Below are positions 1 to 9,667 of a DNA stretch of 64,000 nt, piece by piece. The DNA lies in the NCBI GenBank assembly GCA_963843375.1, contig CAWJKT010000013.1, forward strand, positions 1-64,000, given 5' to 3'. This stretch comes from an uncultured Pseudomonadota bacterium. GTDB lineage: Bacteria; Oederibacteriota; Muellerivitia; Muellerivitales; Muellerivitaceae. Positions within the stretch are counted from its first letter, which is position 1; the number at the start of each line of letters is the position of its first letter. A program made the translations under genes and the position numbers. A model generated the notes under the pieces. It was not told where the DNA came from and made no database searches. It saw nothing but the letters and a program-made list of their open reading frames with translations.

Positions 1-47
1 GCGCCGGTGGTTAGCGCTTCGTATCCGGCCGTGGAAGTGTCAGTCAT
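1..47 (-). CDS. 5' end of a gene running off the window edge (MTDTSTAGYEALTTGA...), possibly YgfZ/GcvT-like
   Basis: ATG at 47, divergent from the MBL gene. Only 15 codons are visible, so the family guess is weak. Confidence 0.3.
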   Translation of the reverse strand, partial: MTDTSTAGYEALTTG

Positions 48-86
48 CGTGTCACTATTATCGAATGCGGTCAAATCGGATAAGAG

Positions 87-716
87 ATGATTCACGAAAT
101 TCTGCCCGTGGGGATGCTGGGGTGTAACTGTTCGGTGATCGGCGACGAAATCAGCCGCGAGGCCATCGTGATCGATCCTGGCGACGATGTTTCCGAAATC
201 ATCGCGATTCTGGAACGCTACCGGTTGACCGTGAAGATGATCGTGATCACGCACGCACATATCGATCACATCGGCGGCGCGGAGAAGCTGCGGGCCTGCA
301 CCGGCGCGCCGGTTTACATGCATGAAGCCGACAAGATGCTGAGCGACCAGCTGGATGTACAGGCCGCCTGGCTTGGCATGGAGACGCCAAAAGATCCAGG
401 CATCGACAAGCCGGCGCACGAAGGCGACATCATTCGCGCGGGATCGATCGAGGGGCACGTGCTGCACACGCCCGGCCACACTCCTGGCAGCATTTCGCTC
501 TATCTGCCGCTGGAAAACAGCATCATCGCGGGCGACACGCTGTTCCAGGGAAGCGTCGGACGCACCGACCTCCCTGGCGGCGATACGGCGCAGATCGCGC
601 GCTCGATTCGGGGCAAGCTTTACACGTTGCCCGAGGATACGATCGTGTTTCCAGGTCACGGTGGAACCACTTCCATCGGCACGGAGAAACGGCACAATCC
701 TTTTGTGCGTGCTTAG
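87..716 (+). CDS. MBL-fold metallo-hydrolase (glyoxalase II / YcbL-like)
   Basis: THAHIDHIGG metal motif, TPGHTPG, GDTLF and PGHG motifs. Confidence 0.9.
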   Translation: MIHEILPVGMLGCNCSVIGDEISREAIVIDPGDDVSEIIAILERYRLTVKMIVITHAHIDHIGGAEKLRACTGAPVYMHEADKMLSDQLDVQAAWLGMETPKDPGIDKPAHEGDIIRAGSIEGHVLHTPGHTPGSISLYLPLENSIIAGDTLFQGSVGRTDLPGGDTAQIARSIRGKLYTLPEDTIVFPGHGGTTSIGTEKRHNPFVRA

Positions 717-717
717 A

Positions 718-971
718 CTATCGGCTGGATTTCAGTTCGGTCATCACGCCGCTGATCAAATCTTTCGCATCGCTGATCGACTTGGTAATGAGCTGAATAT
801 CCATCGCCGGTTTACCCGGCTGGCGCGCGCTCTGGCAGTAGACGCCGTGCTGCCCCACCAGCACCAGAGCATCGGTAAGCACATCGAGCGTCACGGCAAG
901 CCGGCCGCGCGGCACGCCCATCATGAACTCGTGCTTCTCGATTTCTTCGCGCGGTCTTCGTATACGCTCAC
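718..971 (-). CDS. Small hypothetical protein with one apparent indel near 940
   Basis: GTG at 971 (VSVYEDRAK..) joins the 718-924 ORF (..EKHEFMMGVPRGRLAVTLD..) with a 1-nt shift. Confidence 0.5.
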
Positions 972-997
972 GTCCTTTATTCTATTAGTGCAGCGAT

Positions 998-2109
998 ATG
1001 AGCATTCCTTCCTGGCCGATTTCCGGAGCGCGTGAACGCGAACTTCTGGAGGAAGTTCTGACGAGTGACCGCTGGGGCGGATATCATCCCATCGTCGCGC
1101 GCTTCGAACACGAGTTCGCGCAATTCCAGCATTGCCGCTATGGGCTGAGCGCAATGAACGGCACCGTGACGCTCGAAATGGCGCTCGAAACGCTGGCGAT
1201 CGGTCCAGGCGATGAAGTCATCGTCCCGGCCATTTCCTTTATATCGACCGCTACCTGCGTGTCGCGCGTCGGTGCCACGCCGGTGTTTGTCGATATCGAG
1301 CGCGACACGTTCAATATCGATCCCGAACGCGTGCGCCAAGCCATCGGTTCGAAGACACGTGCCATCATTCCCGTTCACTTCGGCGGTCCCATGGCGGATA
1401 TGGATGCGCTCCTGCGCATTTCGGCTGAAAATGGCCTTCCGCTCATCGAAGACGCCGCTCATGCGCATGGTTCGGAATGGAATGGACGGCGCGCGGGGAG
1501 CCTCGGTGTCTTCGGGTCATTCAGTTTTCAGAACGGCAAGGTGATGACAGCGGGCGAGGGCGGAATTCTTCTGTCAAACGATGAGGCGCTTGACCGATCG
1601 CGCGCGCGAGATTCTCGATATCGGGCGGCGCAAAGGCGAAGGCTGGTTCTTTCATTACACGCTTGGGTCCAATTACCGGATTACCGCGTTGCAATGTGCC
1701 GTTTTAATTGCCCAACTCGAAAGATTGCCGGAACAGAATTGCACTCGCATGCGGAACGTTACGGCAATTCGTGAAGCCCTTGCGGACGTGCCCGGCCTGC
1801 ACTTCCAGCGCGTACCCGCGGCGGCAAGCGTGCATACGAACTACCTGTTGCTCGGGTGGGTGGATGGCGACCGCGGCGCGTTCCATCGCAGCCTCACCGC
1901 TGCCGGATTATCCGTGCACGCCCTTCTATCCGCACACGCTCTACAACAATCCGCTCTATGCGGAGCGGCACAACTGCCGGGTCATGCCTTGCCCCGTTTC
2001 CGAGGCGCGCGTCACCGATGCGTTCTGGATTCCGCATCGTGCGCTGCTCGGGGATCGGCTGGAGACCGAATCGTTGGCATCGGCCATTCGCACGGCTGCT
2101 GGGGCTTAG
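998..2109 (+). CDS. DegT/DnrJ/EryC1/StrS PLP-dependent aminotransferase, split over three frames by indels near 1595 and 1910
   Basis: NGTVTLEMAL, IEDAAHAHG, SFQNGKVMTAGEGG. Continues as LGSNYRITALQCAVL, then PFYPHTLYNNP..CPVSE. Confidence 0.85.
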
Positions 2110-2123
2110 AGCGCCCTCGAGCC

Positions 2124-3170
2124 TCAGCGGAAGGCCAGCTTCGCCTTGCGTTCTTCCTCCGCCTTGATCTCCGGGCCGAAGAGCTGTTCGAAAAATCCTT
2201 CGCGTACCAGGCGATCCACCAGGCTGTTGTCGATCACTTTGCGAAAGTCGAAGGCCTTCATCTGCGCCGCAAGGTTTTCGTCGGCCGGGTGATCGAGCAC
2301 GTACTTCACTGCGGCCGCCGGGATGTAAGGCACGCGCTCGTAATTGTTGACTTTCGCGTAGTGAATCGTAGACCCGCTCGACGTCGGCCTGGTCCTGCTT
2401 GTCGTACATCATGTAAGCCTTCACGGCGAACGCCTTGTCGTCATAGAAGCGTTTGATCGCCTCCGCGTGGGCCTTCATCAGCGATTCCGCCAGTTTCGGA
2501 TTGGCCGTGAGAGTGGCTTTCTTGAACAGATAAACAGAGGGCGCGTAGATATCGTCGTGATCGCTGATATTGCCCAGATCCTTGAGCCCTTCCTGTTCCA
2601 GCTTGAAATATATCGGCGCGGTCAACATGGTGGCATCCACACGCCCGCTCACCAGAGCCGCTGCGCGCGCGTTGACGTCGGTGCCCAGCGGAACCCATTC
2701 CACGTCCCGTGGCGTCACGCCCGCCTTGCCGAGCAAGGCCAATGCTGTAGTTGTACGGCGCGTCGCCGATCTGGCTCACGCCGATGCGCTTGCCTTTCAG
2801 ACTCGCGAATGCTCGTAATGTTCTTTCCCGCCATCAGCGCGAACAGGCTCTTCTTGTAAGGACTGCCCAGCGCCACCAGCGAGCCGTCTTTCGAACTCGC
2901 GATCATCGCCTGCTCCAGCGTGTAAGCGGTCATCGCCGCTTCGCCGCTCACGATCATGGCGATGCCGGCGGGATGTACGCCGAAGACCAGGCTCACATCG
3001 TAGCCGTACTTCTGGTAGTAGCCGCCTTCCTTCGCGATATACAGCGGCCAGATCTGGCCCGTACGCGTCGGGTAGTTGATCGCGATTTTCTGCGGCGGCG
3101 ACTGGGCCCCCGCCGGGCAACATGCCAGGAGGACTCCGGCTGTGAACGCGATCCGAAGTTTCAGCACCAT
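2124..3170 (-). CDS. ABC-type substrate-binding protein (NMT1/THI5/SsuA-like), frameshifted
   Basis: Signal peptide, WPLYIAKEGGYYQKYG, ARAAALVSGRVDA, IDNSLVDRLVREGFF. Spread across ORFs 2715-3455, 2441-2779, 1894-2742 and 2124-2333. Confidence 0.75.
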
Positions 3171-4171
3171 TGAGCGAACCCCATTGCGCTTCCCGTCCCC
3201 GCTTCCGACCGGTAGCAGGGAACATAGTCGATGAGCTTCATGGTTAACCCGCCTTCCGCCATGATTCCGGCCACCGTGATCCAGTTTTTGATTTCCGAAG
3301 TGCCGGCCTGAAACATGTTCTCGGGCAAGCTGCCGAGCGTGGCCGCGTCGTTCGCTTCCATGGCCTGCAGAACCTGCGCATCGAACGATTCGTCGATCAC
3401 GAAATGCGTCATGCCCCCGGAAGCCACCACCGCGACATTTACATCGTCGGGCCACGACGCGATGGCGCGGCCCAGCGCGCGGCCGAAGGCGTAACAGCGG
3501 TGCGCCGCCGGTTGATTCGGCGGATAAAAAGTGTTCACGAACACAGGCACATGCGGTATCACCCGGTCGCGCATTAAACGCCGGTATACGAATCCATACG
3601 CGTGTGGTACGGCGTTGGAGCCGATGGCGCCCGTCGGCAGTCTGGTCAATTGCGCCACGTCAAAATCGCCGGCGACAACGCTCTGAATAATGTGGCTTCC
3701 GAATTCCGGCAGGGTTGAGTATTGCGTGTAGACGGACGGCGTGCGATCGAGTTCGGCGCGGGCCACTCCGGGAGGAAGCGATGCCAAAAACTCCGGTGTG
3801 CGCGGGATGCCTTCCACATACGGTCCCCAAAAAACCGCGAAGGCGGGGACATGGTCGGTGGTGAAAATTTCCATCTGGTCATTGCCGACCACCAATGCGA
3901 CGTCGGGCTTGGCTGCAATGAAGATGTCGCCGAGCTCTCGAATGGCATTCTGACATCGCCCGTGGCGTTGCTGAAATACCTCGGGAGTCAGCTGATCGGC
4001 AAGCTTCCGCGGCTTCTGCAACTCCACCATCTGGTCGAAGTTGTAAGCCTTTCCCTGAAAGAAATGCTTCGGGTTGGTGCGGTCCGCCGCGACGCGCTCG
4101 GTCCAGTTTTCCCAGGGGACGGAAAGCATGGGTCCGTGTGAAGTCGCAAGTCCAATACCGATCCGTGCCAT
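3161..4171 (-). CDS. ligZ: LigB-superfamily extradiol ring-cleavage dioxygenase, LigZ-like
   Basis: TSHGPML, GNDQMEIF, PHAYGFVYRRLMRD, VNTFYPPNQP, ASGGMTHFVIDE, FQAGTSEIKNW, DYVPCYRSEAGTG resemble Sphingobium LigZ/DesZ as I recall them. ATG at 4171. Confidence 0.75.
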   Translation of the reverse strand: MARIGIGLATSHGPMLSVPWENWTERVAADRTNPKHFFQGKAYNFDQMVELQKPRKLADQLTPEVFQQRHGRCQNAIRELGDIFIAAKPDVALVVGNDQMEIFTTDHVPAFAVFWGPYVEGIPRTPEFLASLPPGVARAELDRTPSVYTQYSTLPEFGSHIIQSVVAGDFDVAQLTRLPTGAIGSNAVPHAYGFVYRRLMRDRVIPHVPVFVNTFYPPNQPAAHRCYAFGRALGRAIASWPDDVNVAVVASGGMTHFVIDESFDAQVLQAMEANDAATLGSLPENMFQAGTSEIKNWITVAGIMAEGGLTMKLIDYVPCYRSEAGTGSAMGFAQWC

Positions 4172-4175
4172 AGGA

Positions 4176-5201
4176 CTATCCGGCGCCTTTGATCTGCGAC
4201 TTCTCGATCTGGAATCGCGGGAAAAGCCGCCTTGCGTTTTCCTCAAAGATGTTGGCTTTGTCGCCTTCGGAAAGAAACTCTATGGAATCGAGCAGCGGCT
4301 TGATGTCGTCGAAACTCTTGCCCGTCTCCGGATTCGCCGCCGATCCGGAGCCCGGATTTTCGGTGCCAAACAGCACGTGGTCGCTGCCCACCATCCCAAT
4401 CAACATCTCAAGCGACTTCTTCGAATGCAGGCACGTGTCGTAGTAAAGCATTTTCAGGCGGCGGTTGAACTGCTCCACTGTGCCTCCACCCTTCATGACA
4501 TGATCCGCTTGCCAGCGCCCGATCTGATAAGGGATCGAACCGCCTCCGTGCGCAACGATGATCCTCAGTTTCGGAAAGTCCTCGAGAACATGCGAATTAA
4601 TCAGCGAGAGAACAGCAAGGCTCTCTTCGCTGATGAAGTGCTGGCTGTAGCTCTCGCGTCCGTGCTTGCAGCCGCTCGAATGAATCAGCCCGGGAATATC
4701 GAGTGCGCTCATTTTCTCCCAGAGCGGATACCAATACTCGTCGGCGAGCGTGGGAGTGCTGTTGTCGCCCTCGCCGGGGTCGGAGTCGATCAGGGTGCCG
4801 ATGAACCCGAGTTCTCCGACGCAGCGCTCCATCTCCCGGAAGCCCCACGAGATGGGCTCACCCGCGGCTTGCGGAAACGCGCACACTCCCTGAAAGCGTC
4901 TGGGGAAAGCCGCCACCTGCTGCGCGATGTAGTTGTGATTGGCGATGGCCCAGGCTTCCACCAGCTTCACCGGTTTCTCGGCATGCATCAGCTGGAACGG
5001 CCGCGGTGAGACGAACTGCACATCGGTGCCGACGGAATCCATGATGCGCAGATTTCGTTTGGTATCCGCATGATCGCGAACCCATTCGTCCGGGAACCCC
5101 TTCGGCGCAAAGCCGTGCGCGCCGCGGGCTGACATCAGCACGGATTTCCATTGGTAGAGCTCCGGCGCGGCGCAAACATGCGCGTGTACATCAACAATCA
5201 T
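4176..5201 (-). CDS. ligY: Amidohydrolase-2 family meta-cleavage product hydrolase, LigY-like (LigJ-related)
   Basis: DVHAH, SPRPFQLM, PQAAGEPI, YWYPLWEK, HFISEE, HGGGSIPYQIGR, LFGTENPG. Confidence 0.75.
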   Translation of the reverse strand: MIVDVHAHVCAAPELYQWKSVLMSARGAHGFAPKGFPDEWVRDHADTKRNLRIMDSVGTDVQFVSPRPFQLMHAEKPVKLVEAWAIANHNYIAQQVAAFPRRFQGVCAFPQAAGEPISWGFREMERCVGELGFIGTLIDSDPGEGDNSTPTLADEYWYPLWEKMSALDIPGLIHSSGCKHGRESYSQHFISEESLAVLSLINSHVLEDFPKLRIIVAHGGGSIPYQIGRWQADHVMKGGGTVEQFNRRLKMLYYDTCLHSKKSLEMLIGMVGSDHVLFGTENPGSGSAANPETGKSFDDIKPLLDSIEFLSEGDKANIFEENARRLFPRFQIEKSQIKGAG

Positions 5202-5227
5202 CTTTGGATTTCCATAATGTCATAAAT

Positions 5228-5617
5228 TCATTCGCCAATGACTGCGATCACTTCGCACTGGACAAGCATCGACCCGGGAAGCTCGGGCGCCGCGAACGTG
5301 TGCCGCGCGGGGCGCGAGTGCGGATCGGGAAACATCTCCAGCCAACCTTTGTTCAATTGGGGGCGTTGGGAGCGATCCTTCATCCACACGTTCATTTTGA
5401 CCACCTCTTCGGGCCCGCTGCCGGCGATCTCCAGAATCTTGCGCACCGTAGCCCACATCTGCTCGCACTGGGCTTCGATTCCATCGGGATATTTGCCCGT
5501 GTAAGGCTCTTTGCCGGACACTCCGCTGGTAATCAGAAATGCTCCCACGCGGCAGGCGGCGGGGATCGGATTATCGTGTTCGAAACCAGGCACTTCAATG
5601 CTGACGCGGCGGCCCAT
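5228..5617 (-). CDS. RidA/YjgF/UK114 family protein
   Basis: PIPAACRVG, VVKMNVW, FPDPHSRPARHT, LVQCEVIA. Confidence 0.85.
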   Translation of the reverse strand: MGRRVSIEVPGFEHDNPIPAACRVGAFLITSGVSGKEPYTGKYPDGIEAQCEQMWATVRKILEIAGSGPEEVVKMNVWMKDRSQRPQLNKGWLEMFPDPHSRPARHTFAAPELPGSMLVQCEVIAVIGE

Positions 5618-5676
5618 GAGTTCTCCACTCGCATCATATACGCTACGCTTTGGTGAACTTGGGAAAGCGAGGCACA

Positions 5677-6645
5677 GTGAAAGCTGTCTGGATTGAACAA
5701 CCCGGTGGACCCGAAATGCTGCAGTTCGGAGATCGCCCCATCCCGGAGCCGGGGGCGGGTGAGGTGCTGGTCAAACTTGCCGCGGCGGGCGTCAATTACA
5801 CCGACATCAGCCAGCGCAGCGGCTCGAACAAGATTCCCCTTCCCGCGGTGCTGGGTTCGGAAGGCGCGGGCACGGTGGAGCGGCTGGGCGCCGGAGTCGT
5901 TGATTTCAGGCCGGGCGACCGCGTCGCTTACGCGATGGTGCGCGGTTCTTACGCGCAGTATGCCGCCGTGCCAGCGAAAATGCTGGTGAAGATTCCCGAA
6001 GACGCCGAATTTCGTACGGCCGCGGCGGCGATGCTGCAGGGCATGACGGCTCATTATCTTAGTCACTCGACGTTTCCACTGAAGTCAGGGCATACGGCGC
6101 TGGTTCATGCCGCCGCCGGAGGTACCGGACGCCTGCTCGTGCAGATGGCCGTGATGCTGGGTGCGCGCGTGATCGCCACCGCGGGAACCGAGGCCAAGGC
6201 TCAACTTGCGCGCGAGGCCGGAGCTGGCCACGCGATTTTATACGGAGACACGGACTGGGTCGCGCAAGTGAAAGGTCTCACCAATGGCGATGGCGTCGAT
6301 GTCGTGTACGATTCGGTGGGCCAGGCGACGTTTGCCGGAGGCCTCGATTGTTTGAAGATGCGCGGCATGATGGTGCACTTCGGGCAATCGAGCGGCCCCG
6401 TCCCACCTTTCGATACGCGTGTATTGAGCGCCAAAGGATCGCTGTATCTGGCGCGCCCCACGCTTGCCAGCCACATCGTGAAACCCGATGAACTGGCATT
6501 GCGCGCGGGAGATGTTTTCCGCTGGATCGCGGAAGGGAAGCTCCAGCTTCGCGTCGAACATCAATATCCGCTGGCCGATGCGGCGCAGGCGCATCGGGAA
6601 ATGGAGGGGCGCAGGACTTCCGGCAAGATTATTTTGTTGATGTGA
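5677..6645 (+). CDS. qor: NADPH:quinone oxidoreductase (zeta-crystallin/Qor family)
   Basis: AAGVNYTD, LGSEGAG, LQGMTAHYL, HAAAGGTG, VDVVYDSVG, GKIILL. GTG start at 5677. Confidence 0.9.
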   Translation: MKAVWIEQPGGPEMLQFGDRPIPEPGAGEVLVKLAAAGVNYTDISQRSGSNKIPLPAVLGSEGAGTVERLGAGVVDFRPGDRVAYAMVRGSYAQYAAVPAKMLVKIPEDAEFRTAAAAMLQGMTAHYLSHSTFPLKSGHTALVHAAAGGTGRLLVQMAVMLGARVIATAGTEAKAQLAREAGAGHAILYGDTDWVAQVKGLTNGDGVDVVYDSVGQATFAGGLDCLKMRGMMVHFGQSSGPVPPFDTRVLSAKGSLYLARPTLASHIVKPDELALRAGDVFRWIAEGKLQLRVEHQYPLADAAQAHREMEGRRTSGKIILLM

Positions 6646-6673
6646 ACTGCCACTAAATTTCAGAATCACCACA

Positions 6674-8680
6674 CTAATGTGGCGGCAGCGCGAACACAAT
6701 GTATTCGTTCTCACCCGGGGGTTGCGTGGGCTTCGCCGGATTCAGCCCACGCGGCGGCATCATACCGGTTCCCGCGGCGACGCAGAAGGCGATGTACTCG
6801 CGTCCCGCCACTTCGTAAGCCGCCGGGACACCTTCGGAACCCGCGGGCGTGTCCTTCTCCCAAAGCACTTTACCGGTGTCTTCATCGTAGGCGCGGATTT
6901 TGCGATCGGACGCGGTGGCGACGAAAATCAATCCGCCCGCTGTCGCGAGAACTCCACCACGCGGGAATTGCGCGCCGGTATCGACGTGTCCCTGATCGAT
7001 CAGATCGGAGACGCCGCCGTTCGGAATTTGCCATTTGATGACGCCGCTGTTGAGATCGTAGGCCGTGAGCTGCGACCAGGGCGGCCCGATAGCGTTGAGG
7101 CCGTTCGTCCGCGACAACATAAAGTCGTACGGCGCGTTGTATCGAATGACGCCCGAAGCATCGGGCGGGGGTGGAGGCGGCGCAGTTTCTGGCGTGGCAA
7201 CTTCCGGGACCGCGGCTCCGGCACTACCGCCTCGGCCCCCACGACCTCCTCTTCCCGGCGGACGCGGCAATTCGAGCTTGAGGATCATCGGCAGTTCTTT
7301 GGAAACGATGAACATCATTCCTTTGACGGGATCCACCGCGGAACTGCCCCAATTGGCGCCGCCGTTATTGCCCGGTATCTCGATGCTGCCGGCCAGGCTC
7401 GGCGGCGTGAACAGGCCTTCGTTGCGCCACGTCTTGAATTTTTCGCGCAGTGCCGCCTGCTCGTCGGCGGCCAGGTAGGGATTGATGTCCTTCTCGGTGA
7501 ACGACTGCCGTGCAAAGGGCGGAGGCTTGGTGGGGAAAGGCTGCGTGGGCGATGTCTCCTCGCCGGGTACGTCCGATTTCGGCACGGGACGCTCCTCCAC
7601 TGGCCAGACCGGTTCGCCGGTGACACGGTTGAAGACGAACAGGAAACCCTGTTTTGTGGGTTGCGCCACCACATCGACATTTTTTCCGTTATGTTTGACG
7701 GTCAGAAGCTTGGGCGCGGTGGGAATGTCGTAATCCCACAAGTCGTGGTGTACCGTCTGGAAGTGCCATAAGCGTTTGCCGGTGCGCGCATCGAGCGCGA
7801 GAAGCGAGTTGCCGAAAAGATCGTTGCCGTGCCGATTGAATCCGTAGAAGTCGTAGCGCGCTGTGCCCAGCGGGATGTAAGCGATACCGCGCTTTTCATC
7901 CACCGTCATTTCGTTCCAGTTGTGCACGCCGCCGACGGTCTTGTATGCATCTGCGGGCCAGGTGTCATAGCCGAATTCGCCCGGATGTGGAACCGTGTGG
8001 AAGACCCAGACAAGTTTTCCGGTGCGTACGTCATAAGCATGGATGTCGGCTGGGTTCGCATCGTAGGACGCGCCGCTTGCCGGCAGCGGCTGGATGAGGA
8101 GGTTCTCGAAGATGCGTCCGGGATTGTTGGTTTGGAGCGGGCGGAGTTTGCTCACATCGACATCGAGACCGTTGCGCAGATCGGTGCGGCCGTTATCGCC
8201 GAAGGAGCGAATCGTCTGGCCCGTGCGCGCATCGATGGCGGTGAGAAAGCCTGCGTTGACGTAGAGCAGCCGGCGGTCGGCGCGGTCCGTGCTTTCCCAA
8301 TAACTCATGCCTCGCGTGCCGACCGCGCCCTGATTCTCGTGCGTCCATATTTCTTTGCCCGTCGCCGCATCGAGCGCTACCACGGAATTGTCTTTCGCCA
8401 GCACGTACATCACGCCATCAACCACCATTGGATTGAAAAGATAGTTGCCCTTAACGCCGGTCGCGTAAGTCCACGCAACTTCCAGTTGTTTGACGTTGGA
8501 CCGGTTGACCTGTTTGAGCGCCGAGTACTGATCGGAATCCGGGGCCCCGAGATACGACGTCCACGTGGTGTGCCGGGCGGGCGTCTTCGTCGCCGGAGCG
8601 GCTGCGTGGAGAATCGCGGCCGTGATAGCGAAAGGCAGGAGGCGCGGCAGGAAAGAGAGGACTTTGGTATTCATATCCAC
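6674..8680 (-). CDS. Exported PQQ-dependent dehydrogenase (quinoprotein glucose dehydrogenase-like beta-propeller)
   Basis: Signal peptide, repeated ALDAxTGKxxW motifs, HHDLWDYD, GGANWG, TAGGLIFVA. Confidence 0.9.
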   Translation of the reverse strand: MDMNTKVLSFLPRLLPFAITAAILHAAAPATKTPARHTTWTSYLGAPDSDQYSALKQVNRSNVKQLEVAWTYATGVKGNYLFNPMVVDGVMYVLAKDNSVVALDAATGKEIWTHENQGAVGTRGMSYWESTDRADRRLLYVNAGFLTAIDARTGQTIRSFGDNGRTDLRNGLDVDVSKLRPLQTNNPGRIFENLLIQPLPASGASYDANPADIHAYDVRTGKLVWVFHTVPHPGEFGYDTWPADAYKTVGGVHNWNEMTVDEKRGIAYIPLGTARYDFYGFNRHGNDLFGNSLLALDARTGKRLWHFQTVHHDLWDYDIPTAPKLLTVKHNGKNVDVVAQPTKQGFLFVFNRVTGEPVWPVEERPVPKSDVPGEETSPTQPFPTKPPPFARQSFTEKDINPYLAADEQAALREKFKTWRNEGLFTPPSLAGSIEIPGNNGGANWGSSAVDPVKGMMFIVSKELPMILKLELPRPPGRGGRGGRGGSAGAAVPEVATPETAPPPPPPDASGVIRYNAPYDFMLSRTNGLNAIGPPWSQLTAYDLNSGVIKWQIPNGGVSDLIDQGHVDTGAQFPRGGVLATAGGLIFVATASDRKIRAYDEDTGKVLWEKDTPAGSEGVPAAYEVAGREYIAFCVAAGTGMMPPRGLNPAKPTQPPGENEYIVFALPPH

Positions 8681-8836
8681 CTGGACGGGCTCATGCTATC
8701 GCGGGATCATGCGAAGAGCAACCGCCGGGTTGACGCCGTGTCGTTGACGCCTTGTGGCCTGACGCTCGCCGGAACGGCCGCAAGCACATCAGGCCGGAAC
8801 AGGCATATAATCAAACGCGGTAAATTTTCGGGATCG

Positions 8837-8892
8837 GGCTGGTGCGCTGAGGCTGGTGCGCTGAGGCTGGTGCGCTGAGGCTGGTTCGCTGA
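8837..8892 (+). repeat. Four tandem copies of 14-bp GGCTGGTGCGCTGA (last copy has one substitution)
   Basis: Read directly: copies start at 8837, 8851, 8865 and 8879. The last copy runs into GAGGAG just before ATG 8901. Confidence 0.95.
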
Positions 8893-8900
8893 GGAGTGAT

Positions 8901-9650
8901 ATGGACGTACGGATTTGTTTCTGCATTGCAGTTGTGACATGGTTCGCCTCGCCGCTTGGCGCGCAATGGCGGAATCTCCCGGAGAACAAGACCGCCCTCA
9001 CTGCGCCGGCGCCGAAAGGCCCCGACGGGCATCCCGACCTTTCGGGCATCTGGGAGCCGAGCGCCAACAAGTATGTGGGAAACATCGCAGCCGATCTGAA
9101 GCCCGGCGACGTGCCTTTTCAGCCATGGGCCAAAGCCCTCTACGATCAGCGCGTCGACGGTTCCCATGAGAAGGAAGATCCCGACGCCAATTGCCTGCCC
9201 CAGGGAGTGCCCAAGATCGATGCCGCTCCCGCGCCATGGAAAATCGTGAACTCGCGCGGATTCATCGTGATCGTCTACGAAGCGTTCGACCTCTGGAGAC
9301 AAGTGTTCCTCGATGGCCGCCAACTCGAGCCCGACGCGAATCCGAGCTGGATGGGCTATTCGACAGGCAAGTGGGAGGGCGACACGCTGGTCGTCGATAC
9401 GCGCGGATTCAACGGCAAGGCCTGGCTGGACCAGTTGGGCAAGCCTTCGACCGAAGCCCTGCACGTGACGGAGCGATTTCATCGGAAGGATTTCGGGCAT
9501 ATGGATCTGACCATCACCATCGACGATCCGAAAGCGTATACGAAGCCGTGGACCGTGAAGGAAGAAGTACACCTGCTGCCGAACACGGAACTGCTGGAAT
9601 TCATATGCAACGAAAACAACCGGGACCTGAAGCACCTGCCCGGCGAGTGA
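8901..9650 (+). CDS. Exported conserved hypothetical protein
   Basis: Signal peptide (..PLGAQ), PDLSGIW, DPDANCLPQG, MGYSTGKWEGDTLVVDT, DDPKAYTKPW, EFICNEN. Confidence 0.75.
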   Translation: MDVRICFCIAVVTWFASPLGAQWRNLPENKTALTAPAPKGPDGHPDLSGIWEPSANKYVGNIAADLKPGDVPFQPWAKALYDQRVDGSHEKEDPDANCLPQGVPKIDAAPAPWKIVNSRGFIVIVYEAFDLWRQVFLDGRQLEPDANPSWMGYSTGKWEGDTLVVDTRGFNGKAWLDQLGKPSTEALHVTERFHRKDFGHMDLTITIDDPKAYTKPWTVKEEVHLLPNTELLEFICNENNRDLKHLPGE

Positions 9651-9667
9651 AAACGCGATAAACTTTC

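Noticed and set aside
8837..8892. Possible mini-CRISPR
   Set aside because: Repeats are 14 bp and directly adjacent, with no spacers and no cas genes
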